From NCBI GenBank assembly GCA_011605725.1, contig JAAOZP010000013.1, positions 1 to 37,551 of the forward strand: a stretch of DNA of 37,551 nucleotides, written 5' to 3'. Under the pieces are notes generated by a model, which saw nothing but the letters and a program-made list of their open reading frames with translations, did no database searches and was not told the origin of the DNA. Shown here one piece after another: positions 35,685 through 37,551 of the stretch (position 1 is its first letter; every line of letters begins with the position of its first letter). Position numbers and translations under genes: made by a program. The DNA is from Nitrososphaerota archaeon. GTDB taxonomy: Archaea > Thermoproteota > EX4484-205 > JAAOZP01.

Positions 35685-36986
35685 TTGACCGCTGAATCCT
35701 GCGGCATTGGGGAACAGCGTGTTGCAGGCTTAGCGAGCCTCATCGGGGGTAAAGCCAGGATCCGTGGCTGGCTCTATGTGAGGAATACTGTTGGCAAACT
35801 TGTTTTCCTAAGGATACGCGACTCCACAGGTGTGGTGCAGGTCGTCGTCAAGAGGGATATGGTTGGGGAAGAGGTTTTCAACCAGGTTAAGAGGCTGAGA
35901 AGGGAATCCTCCCTGATGGTTGAAGGGCTTGTTAGGAAAGATGCGCGCGCCCCTGGAGGTGTTGAGGTTCAGGCTGAGAAAGTCAGGGTATTGTCTCCCT
36001 CTCTGGAGGATCCTCCTTTAAGGAAGAACATGTCTCCGGAAGCCGTGTGGAAGTATCGTCATCTTTTCATACGCAGTAGAACTATGAACACTGTTTTGAA
36101 GCTAAGGTCTTCTCTTTCAACATTGTTAAGACAATGGCTTCTGGATCACGGTTATTACGAGGTTAGTGCTCCATCGATAGTTACTGCTGCAACCGAGGGG
36201 GGTGCGAGAATGTTTGAAGTCAGTTATTTCGGCAAGAAGGCCTTCCTGACCCAGAGCTCGCAATTCTATCTTGAAGGAGCTATTTTCTCCCTTGAAAAAG
36301 TCTTCTGTTTTCAACCGAGCTTCAGAGCGGAGGAGTCTAAGACGAGAAGGCATCTTTCAGAATACTGGCATCTCGAGGTTGAAGCATGCTACATGGATTT
36401 AAACCAGCTGCTTCAGCTTGAGGAGAACATGCTTACGGAGGTTGTTGAAAGATTCTATGAGAAGCATAAGGAGGATATTGAAAGGTTCAACCCTGGTTTC
36501 AGGCCTTTCGAAAAACCATTCAAGAGAATAACTTACACGCGGGCTGTTGAGCTTTTAAGAAACAGTGGCGTGGAAATAGAGTGGGGTAGGGATCTGGGTG
36601 TGAAAGAGGAAAGGCTTATTGCCGTTAAGGTTGGCCAACCGGTTTTCGTGACGCACTATCCTAAGGAGACCAGGGCCTTCTACCACATGCCTGACCCGGA
36701 GAACCCTAGTGTTGTGCTTGCAGCAGACCTGCTTGTCTGGCCGTACGGCGAGATAACTGGAGGAGGACAGAGAATAGATGATTATAATGCTCTGTTAAAC
36801 AGGATAGTGGAGTCAGGGTATAATCCTGAGGACTACGCTTGGTATCTTGACCTCAGGAAATACGGCTCGGTTCCGCACTCAGGCTTCGGCCTAGGGTTTG
36901 AAAGACTACTAGCCCATATTCTGCGGCTGCCCAGCATAAGGTATGCGGTCCCGTATCCACGTACGCAGACGATTGTCTACCCCTGA
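35685..36986 (+). CDS. asnS: Asparagine--tRNA ligase
   Basis: OB fold (FLRIRDSTGVVQ), TEGG..F, LTQSSQFYLE, SFRAEESKTRRHLSEYW, GEITGGGQR and YGSVPHSGFGLG.ER. Confidence 0.9.
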   Translation: MTAESCGIGEQRVAGLASLIGGKARIRGWLYVRNTVGKLVFLRIRDSTGVVQVVVKRDMVGEEVFNQVKRLRRESSLMVEGLVRKDARAPGGVEVQAEKVRVLSPSLEDPPLRKNMSPEAVWKYRHLFIRSRTMNTVLKLRSSLSTLLRQWLLDHGYYEVSAPSIVTAATEGGARMFEVSYFGKKAFLTQSSQFYLEGAIFSLEKVFCFQPSFRAEESKTRRHLSEYWHLEVEACYMDLNQLLQLEENMLTEVVERFYEKHKEDIERFNPGFRPFEKPFKRITYTRAVELLRNSGVEIEWGRDLGVKEERLIAVKVGQPVFVTHYPKETRAFYHMPDPENPSVVLAADLLVWPYGEITGGGQRIDDYNALLNRIVESGYNPEDYAWYLDLRKYGSVPHSGFGLGFERLLAHILRLPSIRYAVPYPRTQTIVYP

Positions 36987-36993
36987 GGCTGAG

Positions 36994-37365
36994 ATGAGCC
37001 TGCCGAGCTATTATATTCCGCTTAAGAAGGCTGTTGACGATTATCTTAAGGAGCAGGGTTTAACGATGGCTGACGTGGTAGCAGTTATGGATGAGGATAG
37101 GGGGAGCATTGCTGAGAGCCTTAGGAAAAGATGCGCAATATCCTTAAGGACAGAGAGGCTGCTTCTCGAAAAGTTAACGAGTAAACAGTTAAACATGCTG
37201 ATATTCGTAATACAGGTTTTCTACATCGTCAACATGGGCGGGATGTACAAGGGGTTCATAATTTACCCTGAGAGAAGCAGCGTCGTATCCGGTCAGAAGG
37301 TTACTGAAGAAGGTTTAAAACTAGTCTTGAAAGCCCTTGGGTTTCCAAGTCTGGAGCAGGCCTAG
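36994..37365 (+). CDS. Hypothetical protein
   Basis: Starts 7 bp after the asnS stop with an upstream GAGG-like SD; normal codon usage. Confidence 0.7.
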   Translation: MSLPSYYIPLKKAVDDYLKEQGLTMADVVAVMDEDRGSIAESLRKRCAISLRTERLLLEKLTSKQLNMLIFVIQVFYIVNMGGMYKGFIIYPERSSVVSGQKVTEEGLKLVLKALGFPSLEQA

Positions 37366-37414
37366 CCGCGTGGAAGGAAAACAGTGTTAACGCTCATCTT
37401 TATGCAGCGAGGGA

Positions 37415-37521
37415 TGGGGGCGCCCGGATTTGAACCGGGATCGCATGGGCCCAAGCCATCTGGCTGTTCTTCTCTGAAGCCTACCAAGCTAGCCGGTTTT
37501 CACCCTTTAGCCCACGCCCCC
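37415..37521 (-). tRNA. tRNA-Pro(TGG) with two non-canonical introns (37489-37506 at 15/16; 37460-37475 at 27/28)
   Basis: Removing both introns at BHB-type cut sites gives the 73-nt GGGGGCG TG GGCT AACTTGGTA GGCT T CATGG CT-TGG-GC CCATG CGAT CCCGG TTCAAAT CCGGG CGCCCCC A, with a perfect anticodon stem. Confidence 0.9.
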
Positions 37522-37551
37522 TCACAGCTTGCCTAGGCCCGAATGTTTAAA

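Overview
Archaeal chromosomal window. It looks like Thermoproteota/TACK, possibly Brockarchaeota- or Bathyarchaeia-like; this is inferred from EF-1alpha, rpl37e, two proteasome beta subunits, a pyrrolysine-free MttB and tRNAs with non-canonical introns. Positions 1 to about 22300 are a mosaic accessory region. It holds the 3' part of a very large membrane protein ending in a PD-(D/E)xK nuclease domain, a beta-propeller protein, a TPR protein, several gene fragments, a solitary tuf, a COG1373 ATPase, a racemase, vapBC, an mttB-family gene, ferritin-like and amidohydrolase genes, two secreted proteins and a ThuA-domain gene. Positions 22300-37551 are a conserved core block: psmB (non-catalytic), rtcA, nadM, FKBP, UPF0179, egsA, psmB, aCPSF1/fttA, Lsm, rpl37e, translin, nfi, ribK, ribL, tRNA-Lys with one intron, a decayed HEPN-MNT islet, dys, asnS and tRNA-Pro with two introns. 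The most striking unexplained signal is a 14-bp palindromic site (consensus about TTARCRYRYGYTAA). It recurs about 18 times, almost only at junctions between accessory modules, and sits exactly where several genes are cut off, which suggests an undescribed short-site gene-shuffling system. A second signal is a sharp mirror-image strand-composition switch (A/C-rich to G/T-rich) at the start of tuf.
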